Assembly: GCA_964387845.1 (NCBI GenBank)
Contig: CAYLXA010000002.1
Location: forward strand, 192,001 to 256,000
Direction: 5' to 3'
Length of the DNA: 64,000 bases
DNA from: an uncultured bacterium
GTDB taxonomy: Bacteria > Omnitrophota > Omnitrophia > Omnitrophales > Abzuiibacteriaceae
Shown here one piece after another: positions 28,445 through 36,565 of the stretch. The position numbers were made by a program, and so were the translations under genes. The notes below the pieces were generated by a model, which saw only the letters and a list, made by a program, of their open reading frames with translations, was not told the origin of the DNA and did not search any database. The stretch's first letter is position 1, and the number at the start of each line of letters is the position of its first letter.

Positions 28445-28906
28445 TTATGCTTTTTGAATTTTGAATAAGGGCTGGTCGAACTCGACGGGTTGGCCGTTTT
28501 GGACCAAAATATCAATTACACGCCCGCTAAGCTCCGCCTTGATTTCATTCATCAGCTTCATTGCTTCGATAATGCAGAGAGTGTCACCCGAGGCGATGTT
28601 TTTACCTTTTGTCACATAAGCCTCTTGGTCAGGCGCCGGCGCTGAGTAAAATGTTCCAACCATGGGTGAGCGGACAATCACAACCCCAACCTCTTCCTTG
28701 GCCGCACCCGCATTCACGGATTTCGGCTCTGCTTTCTCTGCTGACTTGATTACCTGAACTTCTCCGGCCTCCTCGCGCTGGATGACAACGCTGCCGCCGG
28801 ATCCCTTTTTGAGCCGAATCTTAAATCCGTTTTTCTCGATCTCAAGCTCCGTAAGCCCGTATTCCGCCATCAAATTCAGCATTTCCTTAAGTTCCTTAGG
28901 ATTCAT
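28445..28906 (-). CDS. accB: Acetyl-CoA carboxylase biotin carboxyl carrier protein
   Basis: C-terminal biotinyl domain with the EAMKLMNEI (AMKM) motif. Confidence 0.85.
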   Translation of the reverse strand: MNPKELKEMLNLMAEYGLTELEIEKNGFKIRLKKGSGGSVVIQREEAGEVQVIKSAEKAEPKSVNAGAAKEEVGVVIVRSPMVGTFYSAPAPDQEAYVTKGKNIASGDTLCIIEAMKLMNEIKAELSGRVIDILVQNGQPVEFDQPLFKIQKA

Positions 28907-28978
28907 TCGCGTATCTCCGTTATCAGCCCCATGTTGAATAATTAAATCATCATCTTTTTGAGATAATCGGTTGATTAA

Positions 28979-29146
28979 TTAGGAAGGTCTTTCGGCCTCA
29001 TCGATCAGCATAATAGGAATTCCGTCTTTAATCGGAAATTTCAAGCCGCATTTTGCATTCTGGCAGACGATTTTTTGCCCTTCCAGTCGGATGGCCTGCT
29101 TACAGGCCGGGCAAGCTAAAATATCGAGCAATGATTGATCGATCAT
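28979..29146 (-). CDS. Trm112/YcaR-family small zinc-ribbon protein (UPF0434-like), 55 aa
   Basis: My translation of 29146..28979 is MIDQSLLDILACPACKQAIRLEGQKIVCQNAKCGLKFPIKDGIPIMLIDEAERPS*. LLxILxCPxCK...CxxC...FPIxDGIP is the Trm112/YcaR signature. The ATGA start/stop overlaps the upstream gene. It is below the size cutoff of the supplied ORF track. Confidence 0.6.
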   Translation of the reverse strand: MIDQSLLDILACPACKQAIRLEGQKIVCQNAKCGLKFPIKDGIPIMLIDEAERPS

Positions 29147-30123
29147 GATTGATGAGTTGTTGTGTGACGGATTTTACCGCCAAATACGGCATATAGAATA
29201 CCACAAAGAAGGCCCAATCCATAGAGCAAAATATCATTGGCCAGGGCGAAGGCTGCGGCATGCGCTTTGCTCGTGTATTGGCTAAGAAAATAGATAAGCG
29301 ACGCCTCGCGGACACCCAAACCGCCAAGCGAAGGTGCCATGGATGCAATTCCGCTTACGGGAATAACTAGAAATAAAACCAGAAATGATATGTCCGCCGA
29401 GAGACTCTTAAAAATCATATAGCCGATATAAATGGAAATAATCTGGACTGCGATTGAAATCAAAAAACCTGAGAAAAGTGCGGCGTGTGAATGACGGTAT
29501 CGCGCAATAGCTTGATAAAGTTCTGATATCTTCTGCTTCCCCATTTCACTGGGAATAAACCGGGTAACAAATTTGAACTTGCGCGCCAGCGGCTCATTCA
29601 ATAGAAGTGCGATCACGATCACAAACATAATCGCAATGCAAAAAACGATAATCGGAAGCTGCCAATTGTGAAACTGGACAATAAAAAACGGCAGAGAAAC
29701 AAGCGCAACGAACACGAGCGTGGTTAACCCCACCAGGCGATCGACAAAAATTGCGGAAACGGCCCGAATGGTTGACCCGGAGTCTCTTCCGAGGTAATAG
29801 GCTTTCACGAGGTCGCCTCCGAGCGAGGAAGGTAGAAATAAATTAAAGAAAAGCCCCACAAAACTCATGTAAAACACTCGTCCGGCCGGGACAACAATTT
29901 TTTCGGCACGCATAATGATGAAAAGCCTTAAAGCAATCAACGCGTTCAGGCCGACAAAAAGCAGGAAGACAAACGCAAAGAGCGCCAAATCGATTTGGCG
30001 AACGGCCGCAAGCGCGTGCATCCACCGGTCACGCAAAAAATAGATCACGCCGGCCACAAACGCCAGGCTGACCCCTACCCGGAGGAACTCTTTTAATATT
30101 TTTTGACGACTGATTCTGATCAC
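29143..30123 (-). CDS. UPF0104 / lysylphosphatidylglycerol-synthase-TM-like (flippase-like) membrane protein
   Basis: 326 aa with ~8 transmembrane helices; the N-terminal RISRQKILKEFLRVGVSLAFVAGVIYFL is typical of this family. Confidence 0.55.
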   Translation of the reverse strand: MIRISRQKILKEFLRVGVSLAFVAGVIYFLRDRWMHALAAVRQIDLALFAFVFLLFVGLNALIALRLFIIMRAEKIVVPAGRVFYMSFVGLFFNLFLPSSLGGDLVKAYYLGRDSGSTIRAVSAIFVDRLVGLTTLVFVALVSLPFFIVQFHNWQLPIIVFCIAIMFVIVIALLLNEPLARKFKFVTRFIPSEMGKQKISELYQAIARYRHSHAALFSGFLISIAVQIISIYIGYMIFKSLSADISFLVLFLVIPVSGIASMAPSLGGLGVREASLIYFLSQYTSKAHAAAFALANDILLYGLGLLCGILYAVFGGKIRHTTTHQS

Positions 30124-30141
30124 AGCCCGTTATCTTTAGTT

Positions 30142-30193
30142 AAAAAAAAGAGGTTCACGGCATCCGCGGAATCGGATATTACCGTGAACCTCT
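30142..30193 (-). terminator. Rho-independent terminator downstream of the second STAS-PilZ gene
   Basis: On the minus strand: a perfect 12-bp stem AGAGGTTCACGG ... CCGTGAACCTCT with a ~21-nt loop, followed immediately by T8. A second short hairpin AGAGACG/CGTCTCT lies just upstream, at about 30205..30222. Confidence 0.7.
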
Positions 30194-30265
30194 TACTGGG
30201 TGAGAGAGACGTCCGTCTCTTGAAACGTAAGTGAATTTATATCACAACCATATCAGACTGTCAAA

Positions 30266-31000
30266 TCAAACTTGTTTGGAATCGAGAAATTGAATACCCA
30301 GCCCCACCTGGCGCTTCGACAACTCGATTCGCTTAATACAACCTTGAATCTTGACCTCCTCCGGAAAGCTTTCATTGGCCGGAACCAAGATAGTTACCTT
30401 GTTGCTCTCCAGGTCTGACATCTGTGAAACCTGAAGCGAACTGTCCAAATCCAGATATTCAGCGAACAAGCCGCCTTGGCTGATGTTGGTCGCAATCGCT
30501 TTAGAGTGAACCTTCTTGCCATCCGCGGTTTCGAATTCGATTTCGATCGGAATCGCCACCCGAATACGTTTACTCCGCCTGCGCTCCAGGCCGTATTTGT
30601 CATGCAGCAAGCCGAGTTCCTTTGGAACACCGGTATCCTTGTCCTTTTCGAACAAGAACGAACCCACTGAATCGGCAATTTCAGCTTCCGAAATACAGAG
30701 TTTGATATTTTTCGGCAGGTAGGTCCCCTTGAAAAACTGGGTGAACCGGTCGTTGGTGCAGAACACCAAACTTTTCTGTGGCCGGATCAGGCTCGCAATA
30801 AGCCGCCTAACGATCAGCTCGTCAAGCTCCTGGACCTTCTGCAGGTTCAGGATCACCCGCTTCAGTTTCTTTTTTTGGATGACGTGATCAATTTTATCGA
30901 TCACCTCCACCGACTGCTCGCCGGTCAGAGTTCCGTACAAGTCGAAGACCTGAACTCTTCCGATCTGTCTTTGCTCAACTTTTGGCATTAATGTTTTCAT
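30266..31000 (-). CDS. STAS (anti-sigma-factor-antagonist-like) plus PilZ domain fusion protein, paralog 2; candidate cyclic-di-GMP receptor
   Basis: The N-terminal ~110 aa have a STAS-like pattern (VQVFDLYGTLTGEQSVEVIDKI...VILNLQKVQELDELIVRRL). The C-terminus carries both PilZ cyclic-di-GMP motifs: RxxxR (RRSKR) and (D/N)xSxxG (NISQGG). Confidence 0.6.
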   Translation of the reverse strand: MKTLMPKVEQRQIGRVQVFDLYGTLTGEQSVEVIDKIDHVIQKKKLKRVILNLQKVQELDELIVRRLIASLIRPQKSLVFCTNDRFTQFFKGTYLPKNIKLCISEAEIADSVGSFLFEKDKDTGVPKELGLLHDKYGLERRRSKRIRVAIPIEIEFETADGKKVHSKAIATNISQGGLFAEYLDLDSSLQVSQMSDLESNKVTILVPANESFPEEVKIQGCIKRIELSKRQVGLGIQFLDSKQV

Positions 31001-31210
31001 AACACACCTCTCTCTTTCATCTAGAATTAAAACGCTCGATGCCGCCGTATGCGTTCCAACGCTTGAAACTTGGCATGCATCTTTTCTCCAATATACCCCG
31101 TCAAAATCTCATAACCATACACATGCAGCGGAACCGCAAAGCGCCCGCTTTTCTTATGTTTCACTTTTAGCAGCTTATTAAATAACCGTTTCATTGAGAG
31201 CCCCTTTACT

Positions 31211-31942
31211 TTACTTATCCAGATCCGTCAAAAGCTGTCTGATTTTCTTTTTCGCTTCCGCCGCAATTCCGTAAAATTCGATTCCAATTCCGACTTGATC
31301 GCCGTCTGCCTTGACGTGAATTACCTTGCCCTCGGCTTCAATCGGCATGTCGTCCGGCCCCGCGATTTCCAGTTTCAACAAACTCAATTCATAAGGATTG
31401 ATAATCGCTTTTGACTTCTCCGCGTCTTCCAAGTCGATGTACTCCGCAAACAGACCGCCTTCGCTCATATTTGTCACAATCGCCCGAAACTGAATCATCT
31501 TCCCCTTTTTATCCTTGCAGTAAAAAAACATCGGTAACGCGGTTTTGATTCTGCGAAAAAGCCTTTTGTCCGTCTTGGCATCCGTTTGCGCCATTTCCCT
31601 TCCAAATAGTTTCACAAGCTCCTCTTCTCCGTTAATCACATTCATACTTCGCTTTACCGGATACGCTTTAATCATGCTCATGACCTGTTCACTGCCGCGG
31701 ATCATTCCGCTTCGTTCCCTTTTGATCAAATTCTCCACCACTGCTTTCGCGCCAAGCGAATCCATCGTTTCGAGCGGCCTTAAATTAAGAACCAGCGCGG
31801 ATGCCAGATCGTTTTCGGCCATTGAATCTATTTCTTGCTGAACGCGAACTGCCCAAGGCCCCACCAAATCACCTTTAAGGTCCACCAAGTCCAACTTGCC
31901 GATTCTCCTTTTTACCACTTGTGGAAATTTAGCTGGCTTCAT
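31211..31942 (-). CDS. STAS plus PilZ domain fusion protein, paralog 1; candidate cyclic-di-GMP receptor
   Basis: From MKPAKFPQVVKRRIGKLDLVDLKGDL... it aligns with the N-terminus of paralog 2. PilZ motifs RLFRR and NMSEGG are present. The start was placed at the internal ATG preceded by a GAGGAG Shine-Dalgarno; the track ORF begins 28 codons upstream at a TTG and would cover the sigma54 promoter. Confidence 0.6.
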   Translation of the reverse strand: MKPAKFPQVVKRRIGKLDLVDLKGDLVGPWAVRVQQEIDSMAENDLASALVLNLRPLETMDSLGAKAVVENLIKRERSGMIRGSEQVMSMIKAYPVKRSMNVINGEEELVKLFGREMAQTDAKTDKRLFRRIKTALPMFFYCKDKKGKMIQFRAIVTNMSEGGLFAEYIDLEDAEKSKAIINPYELSLLKLEIAGPDDMPIEAEGKVIHVKADGDQVGIGIEFYGIAAEAKKKIRQLLTDLDK

Positions 31943-31972
31943 GCGCTCATACTCCTCGTTGGGTGTCAATAG

Positions 31973-31988
31973 TACAACAAGCGTGCCA
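31973..31988 (-). promoter_or_regulatory. Candidate sigma54 promoter TGGCACG-CTTG-TTGT upstream of STAS-PilZ paralog 1
   Basis: On the minus strand, TTGGCACGCTTGTTGTA: the -24 element is perfect (TGGCACG) and the -12 element is TTGT rather than TTGC. It lies ~30 nt upstream of the GAGGAG Shine-Dalgarno/ATG, and a domain-less sigma54 activator is encoded directly upstream. Confidence 0.45.
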
Positions 31989-32123
31989 ACTTTATTTGAT
32001 TTCTTCAGTATCTTTAAAGGATTCAAAACAAAGGGGTTACAACTTTCTTAAAAATCGGTAGTTTGAAACTAACAATTTAAACTGTAACAACTTTTTGACA
32101 GTTGTCACAAAAAAGAGACAGGA

Positions 32124-33155
32124 TTATGCGAGGTCGATTTGATAGAGTTTCAGTTTGCGGTTTAAATCCTGGCGGGAAATACCCAGCGCTTTTGCGGCTT
32201 GTGTTTGATTGCCTTTTGTGCGAAGGAGCGCTTCTTCGATAACCGTTTTTTCAAAACTGGATACCAGATCGCTTTTCCTTTTCTTGAGAGATTGATCCTC
32301 CGAAATGGAATCGCCGCCCTTTTTCTTCATTGCGGCTTCAATCAAATGGCGCGACAAATCTTTGGCTTCGACTTTCGGCCCCGAAGCCATGATACAGGCT
32401 TTCTCAAGTTCATTCTCAAGTTCTCGGATATTCCCGGGCCAATCATAAGATTGCAAAGCCTTTAAAACTTCCGGCTCCAGCGCTTTGACGGGTTGGCTAT
32501 TTTTAGCCGATATCTTTTGGACGATGTGCGTGACCAGTTGCGGGATGTCTTCGCGGCGATCGCGCAAGGCGGGTAAATTGATATGCATAACGTTTAATCG
32601 ATAAAACAAGTCATTTCGAAATTTTCCGGAATCCACCATTTTCTGTAAATCTTGGTTGGTGGCTGCAATAATTCTGACATCCACCTGGATCGGTTTTGTG
32701 CCGCCGATTTTAAAAAAAACACCTTCCTGCAGAACCCGCAATAATTTCACCTGAAGCGCCGGGCTCATGTCACCGACTTCATCCAAGAAAAAAGTCCCCT
32801 TGTCCGCAATCTCGAAAAGTCCTTTCTTTTCGGCAAGCGCACCAGTGAATGACCCCCGCATGTGGCCAAAAAGCTCGCTTTCCAAAAGCGCATCCGAGAA
32901 TGCGGAACAATTGATGATCACAAATTCGTTGTTTTTGCGTTTACTGTGATAATGGATGGCGCGCGCCACCAATTCCTTCCCCGTTCCGCTTTCGCCCTGA
33001 ATCAAAACCGTGACGTCATAGGCCGCAATCCGCTGGAGCAAATCACGGACATACTGAATCGACGCGCTCCCGCCCACCAGCCCGAAATCAGGGCCTGCCG
33101 ACGCCGCCTTCGGGTTGATGCTACTTTTGGGATTTGTTTTTGCTTTTGAGGTCAT
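32124..33155 (-). CDS. Sigma54-dependent transcriptional activator lacking an N-terminal sensory/receiver domain (PspF/HrpS-like: AAA+ plus HTH only)
   Basis: After a ~35-aa low-complexity N-terminus comes GESGTGKELVARAIH (Walker A), then GSFTGA (a GAFTGA variant), and a C-terminal HTH AAKALGISRQDLNRKLK. There is no REC, GAF or PAS domain. Confidence 0.8.
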   Translation of the reverse strand: MTSKAKTNPKSSINPKAASAGPDFGLVGGSASIQYVRDLLQRIAAYDVTVLIQGESGTGKELVARAIHYHSKRKNNEFVIINCSAFSDALLESELFGHMRGSFTGALAEKKGLFEIADKGTFFLDEVGDMSPALQVKLLRVLQEGVFFKIGGTKPIQVDVRIIAATNQDLQKMVDSGKFRNDLFYRLNVMHINLPALRDRREDIPQLVTHIVQKISAKNSQPVKALEPEVLKALQSYDWPGNIRELENELEKACIMASGPKVEAKDLSRHLIEAAMKKKGGDSISEDQSLKKRKSDLVSSFEKTVIEEALLRTKGNQTQAAKALGISRQDLNRKLKLYQIDLA

Positions 33156-34467
33156 TAAATTCCTTCAGTCTCTTTTGAATTTCGCGCTCATAGCCTTGTT
33201 CGGTCGGATGATAGTAAGCTTTATCGCCTTTCCGGTACGCTTGGTCAACCACGTGGCCCGGAAAGTTATGAGCATACTGATAACCCTCGCCGCGGCCCAT
33301 GCGCTTGGCGCCTGAATAACTTTTGTCGCGCAAATGATTCGGAACCTCTTCGGCCGCATCTTCTTTAACATCGCTGGCCGCATTTTCAAGCGCCATGTAA
33401 GCCGCATTGCTTTTGGGTGCCGAAGCCATATAGGTCACCAGCTGCGCCAAAATGATTCTCGCTTCAGGCATCCCGACAAATTCAATGGCTTGCAAACCGG
33501 CAGAGGCCAAAATCAAGGCCTGCGGATCCGCATTTCCGATGTCTTCAGATGCCAATATGACGATGCGCCGTGCAATGAACCGCGGATCCTCGCCGGCATA
33601 AAGCATTTTCGCAAGCCAATAAACCGCCGAATCCGGGTCCGAGCCGCGCATGCTTTTAATAAAAGCACTTGCCGTATCGTAGTGATAATCTTCGTCGTGA
33701 TCATAATACACGATCCGTTTTTGGCAGGATTCCTGTGCAACCGTCCGATCAAAATGAACGGAACCGTCTTGAGCAGGTTCAGTTGTCAGCACACCGATTT
33801 CTAAAGCATTGAGTGCCCTGCGCGCATCGCCTGAAGCATATTTGGCCAGATAATTCAGCGCATCCTCCGTAATTTCAACCCGAATTTTTCCAAAACCCCG
33901 TTCCGGATCTTGAAGTGCAGATTTCATCACAGAAATCAGCTCGGCTTCAGTGAGCGGCTTGAGCTCGCAGAGAAGTGAGCGCGAAAGAAGCGGCCCATTA
34001 ATTGAAAATGAAGGGTTGTGGGTCGTTGCCCCGATCAAAATCAAGTTGCCATTTTCGACATCGGGCATCAAAACGTCCTGCTGCGCTTTGTTAAAGCGGT
34101 GAATTTCATCGACAAACAAAATAGTCCGGCGCTCTGTGTGTTCGCGGTTATATTTTGCTTCCTCAATAACTTTACGTAAATCTTGAACGGTGGCCGAGAC
34201 TGCATTCACGTTCCGGAATACGGATTTTGTAACTCTGGAAATCAGATAAGCCAGCGTGGTTTTGCCGCTTCCCGGCGGCCCGAATAAAATCAAAGAACTG
34301 AGCCGGTCAGAAAGAATGACGCGCCGTAGAAGTTTTCCGTCGCCCAACAGATGGCCTTGACCCACAAACTGTTCGAGCGTTTGAGGCCTCATACGGACCG
34401 CGAGCGGAGAGGTTGACGGTGTTTCGGTGTTGGAAGCAGGGGCAGAATCAGAGAAAAGATCAATCAT
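33121..34467 (-). CDS. rarA: Replication-associated recombination protein A (AAA+ ATPase, MgsA/WRNIP family)
   Basis: MRPQTLEQFVGQGHLLG...LFGPPGSGKTTLA plus the C-terminal MgsA helical domain. Confidence 0.85.
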   Translation of the reverse strand: MIDLFSDSAPASNTETPSTSPLAVRMRPQTLEQFVGQGHLLGDGKLLRRVILSDRLSSLILFGPPGSGKTTLAYLISRVTKSVFRNVNAVSATVQDLRKVIEEAKYNREHTERRTILFVDEIHRFNKAQQDVLMPDVENGNLILIGATTHNPSFSINGPLLSRSLLCELKPLTEAELISVMKSALQDPERGFGKIRVEITEDALNYLAKYASGDARRALNALEIGVLTTEPAQDGSVHFDRTVAQESCQKRIVYYDHDEDYHYDTASAFIKSMRGSDPDSAVYWLAKMLYAGEDPRFIARRIVILASEDIGNADPQALILASAGLQAIEFVGMPEARIILAQLVTYMASAPKSNAAYMALENAASDVKEDAAEEVPNHLRDKSYSGAKRMGRGEGYQYAHNFPGHVVDQAYRKGDKAYYHPTEQGYEREIQKRLKEFNDLKSKNKSQK

Positions 34468-34496
34468 ACCTTATTGATCTCACGCTAAAGTGAAAA

Positions 34497-35264
34497 CTAC
34501 CAGTGCAACGCATCGCGGACAGGCCGTGCGAAGCGTCTTGAAAGCGGAATCCGTGTCTGTTTTGAATCGTTCAGGTCAATCGAGAAATTGCCGCTGGATT
34601 GCGGTGAAATCCGGGCAATAAAATCAATGTTCACGACATGCGCCTTGTGAACCTGGAAAAATTTCTTGGGGTCCAATTTCGTCAGCAATTCTTTCAAGGT
34701 CGACTTCACCAAATACATTTGCTGATCCGTTTGATGCGCATAAATATCCGCCAGGTCCGCATGAAAATAAGTGACTTTGCTGACATCAAAGAAAATACGC
34801 TCTTTACTCTCCGGTTTATAACCGCAAATCCGGTCCAGATGATTGCCTTTGCTTGCGGCCCGGTTTAAAACCTGAAATTGATCCTTCAAGACTTCCGTTT
34901 GGCCCAGCAATGTTTTGGCCCGGTCCATGGCACGTAAAATCCGGTCCTTTTCGTAGGGCTTGAGCACATAATCAACTGCGCTGAGCTCAAATGCCTTGAC
35001 GGCATATTCGTCGTAGGCGGTTGCAAAAATCACGACCGGCGGCTTTTCCATTTTTCCGACTTCCGTCGCCACATCAAGCCCGGTCATCTTCGGCATCCGG
35101 ATATCCAGGAAAACAATCTGGGGGGACAACTCGCGAATCTTGTCGAGCGCTTCCTTTCCGTCTGACGCCTCACCCACAACGCGAACATCGTGGCAAGCGC
35201 CCAATAAACGCTTCAACCCTTCGCGGGCCAGCGGTTCGTCATCAACGATTAATGTGGTCGGCAT
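34497..35264 (-). CDS. LytTR-family response regulator (AlgR/LytR type)
   Basis: Receiver domain (LIVDDEPLAREGL, D..K) plus a C-terminal LytTR DNA-binding domain. Confidence 0.8.
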   Translation of the reverse strand: MPTTLIVDDEPLAREGLKRLLGACHDVRVVGEASDGKEALDKIRELSPQIVFLDIRMPKMTGLDVATEVGKMEKPPVVIFATAYDEYAVKAFELSAVDYVLKPYEKDRILRAMDRAKTLLGQTEVLKDQFQVLNRAASKGNHLDRICGYKPESKERIFFDVSKVTYFHADLADIYAHQTDQQMYLVKSTLKELLTKLDPKKFFQVHKAHVVNIDFIARISPQSSGNFSIDLNDSKQTRIPLSRRFARPVRDALHW

Positions 35265-35269
35265 AATGA

Positions 35270-36565
35270 TTACTCCTCTTCCTCTGATGTTAAAGGTATT
35301 TTGAATTGTACTGCAGTTCCCTGTCCGATTGCACTAGAAATTTTTAACTCCGAATCACGCCCAAAATGATACCGCAGCCTCTCATTAATGTTCTGAAGGC
35401 CGACTCCGGCACCTTCGCCTTCGTGGCTGACTTGCCCTTTCCGGACTTCCTCAAGCCTCTTTTCGTCCATTCCCACGCCGTGATCTTTCACTAATATTTC
35501 GACATATTTTCCGTTTTCCCAAGCGGAAATAGAAAGAAGCGCGCCCTCTGATATGGGCGCAATCCCATGCTTAATCGCATTTTCCACAATAGGCTGAATA
35601 ATCAAAACCGGCAGCTTGGCATTGGCGCCGCGCGGGCCCAGCTTGATGCTTTTCTCAATTTTCAGCCGGTTTTGATACCGGGCTTGTTCGATTGCTAAAT
35701 ACGCGTCGATATGATTAAGCTCTTCCTCAACCGATACCCAATCGCCTTCCTGTTTCACAATCCGGCGGAAAAAGTTTGAGAGTTTGATCACAAGTTCACG
35801 GGCATGCTCCGCTTTCTCGCGGCTGCAAATCGCTGCAATGGTGTTTAAAGCGTTAAACAAAAAATGCGGGTTGATTTGCGCCTGCAAAAATTTAAGCTTC
35901 ATCTGCGGAAGCAGCCGTTCCAAATTTTTCCGGCGCTCATCCTGCACTAAGCCGATGGCCACCGCCATAAAAATATACGCGCTCATGGCTTCTAATACGA
36001 CCAGTGAAAACAAAATACCGAGAAGCGCAGCCGCGTGAGTCGCTTGCCAGAGCGGCCAATATAAAATAATGCCCTGCAAAATCCCGGCAAACCCTGCAGC
36101 AAAAAGCGCGCTCCATCTTTTCGGTGTTTCGTTTCGCCGTAGATCGGACAACGCGCCCCCCAAAAGCCCTGCGCTTATTAAAATCAGAACATGATGTAAA
36201 TGAAATTCGCCGAGCATTGCTCGAAATAGAATGCCGACGGCAGCACAAATAACGCCTCCGCGAAAACCTGCTAACAAACCGCAGGCAACGGTAAACACGA
36301 GATAAAGGTCCAGAAAATACCAATCGGACTCGCCGTAGCGCAAATACCCCATTCCAGAGCCGACGATTCCCAAAATTGAAAAAGCGATGATTAGAAAATA
36401 ATTATTTCGTGCATTTTGGGATTCGGTGGAATCTGTAGAAAAAAGCGAGCGAAACCATGGAAATCGAACCAGCAAGTAAGAGGAAAGCACCACGAAAGCG
36501 AATTTCTGAAAAATATCGCCGTAAATTTCAAGCCAGGCAATCCGGATCTGTTCTGCGTAAGGCAT
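35270..36565 (-). CDS. LytS/AlgZ(FimS)-type sensor histidine kinase (5TM-Lyt plus His_kinase plus HATPase)
   Basis: Multi-transmembrane N-terminus, LNPHFLFNALNTIAAICSRE (the His_kinase PF06580 motif), and G-box GVGLQNINERL. Confidence 0.75.
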   Translation of the reverse strand: MPYAEQIRIAWLEIYGDIFQKFAFVVLSSYLLVRFPWFRSLFSTDSTESQNARNNYFLIIAFSILGIVGSGMGYLRYGESDWYFLDLYLVFTVACGLLAGFRGGVICAAVGILFRAMLGEFHLHHVLILISAGLLGGALSDLRRNETPKRWSALFAAGFAGILQGIILYWPLWQATHAAALLGILFSLVVLEAMSAYIFMAVAIGLVQDERRKNLERLLPQMKLKFLQAQINPHFLFNALNTIAAICSREKAEHARELVIKLSNFFRRIVKQEGDWVSVEEELNHIDAYLAIEQARYQNRLKIEKSIKLGPRGANAKLPVLIIQPIVENAIKHGIAPISEGALLSISAWENGKYVEILVKDHGVGMDEKRLEEVRKGQVSHEGEGAGVGLQNINERLRYHFGRDSELKISSAIGQGTAVQFKIPLTSEEEE

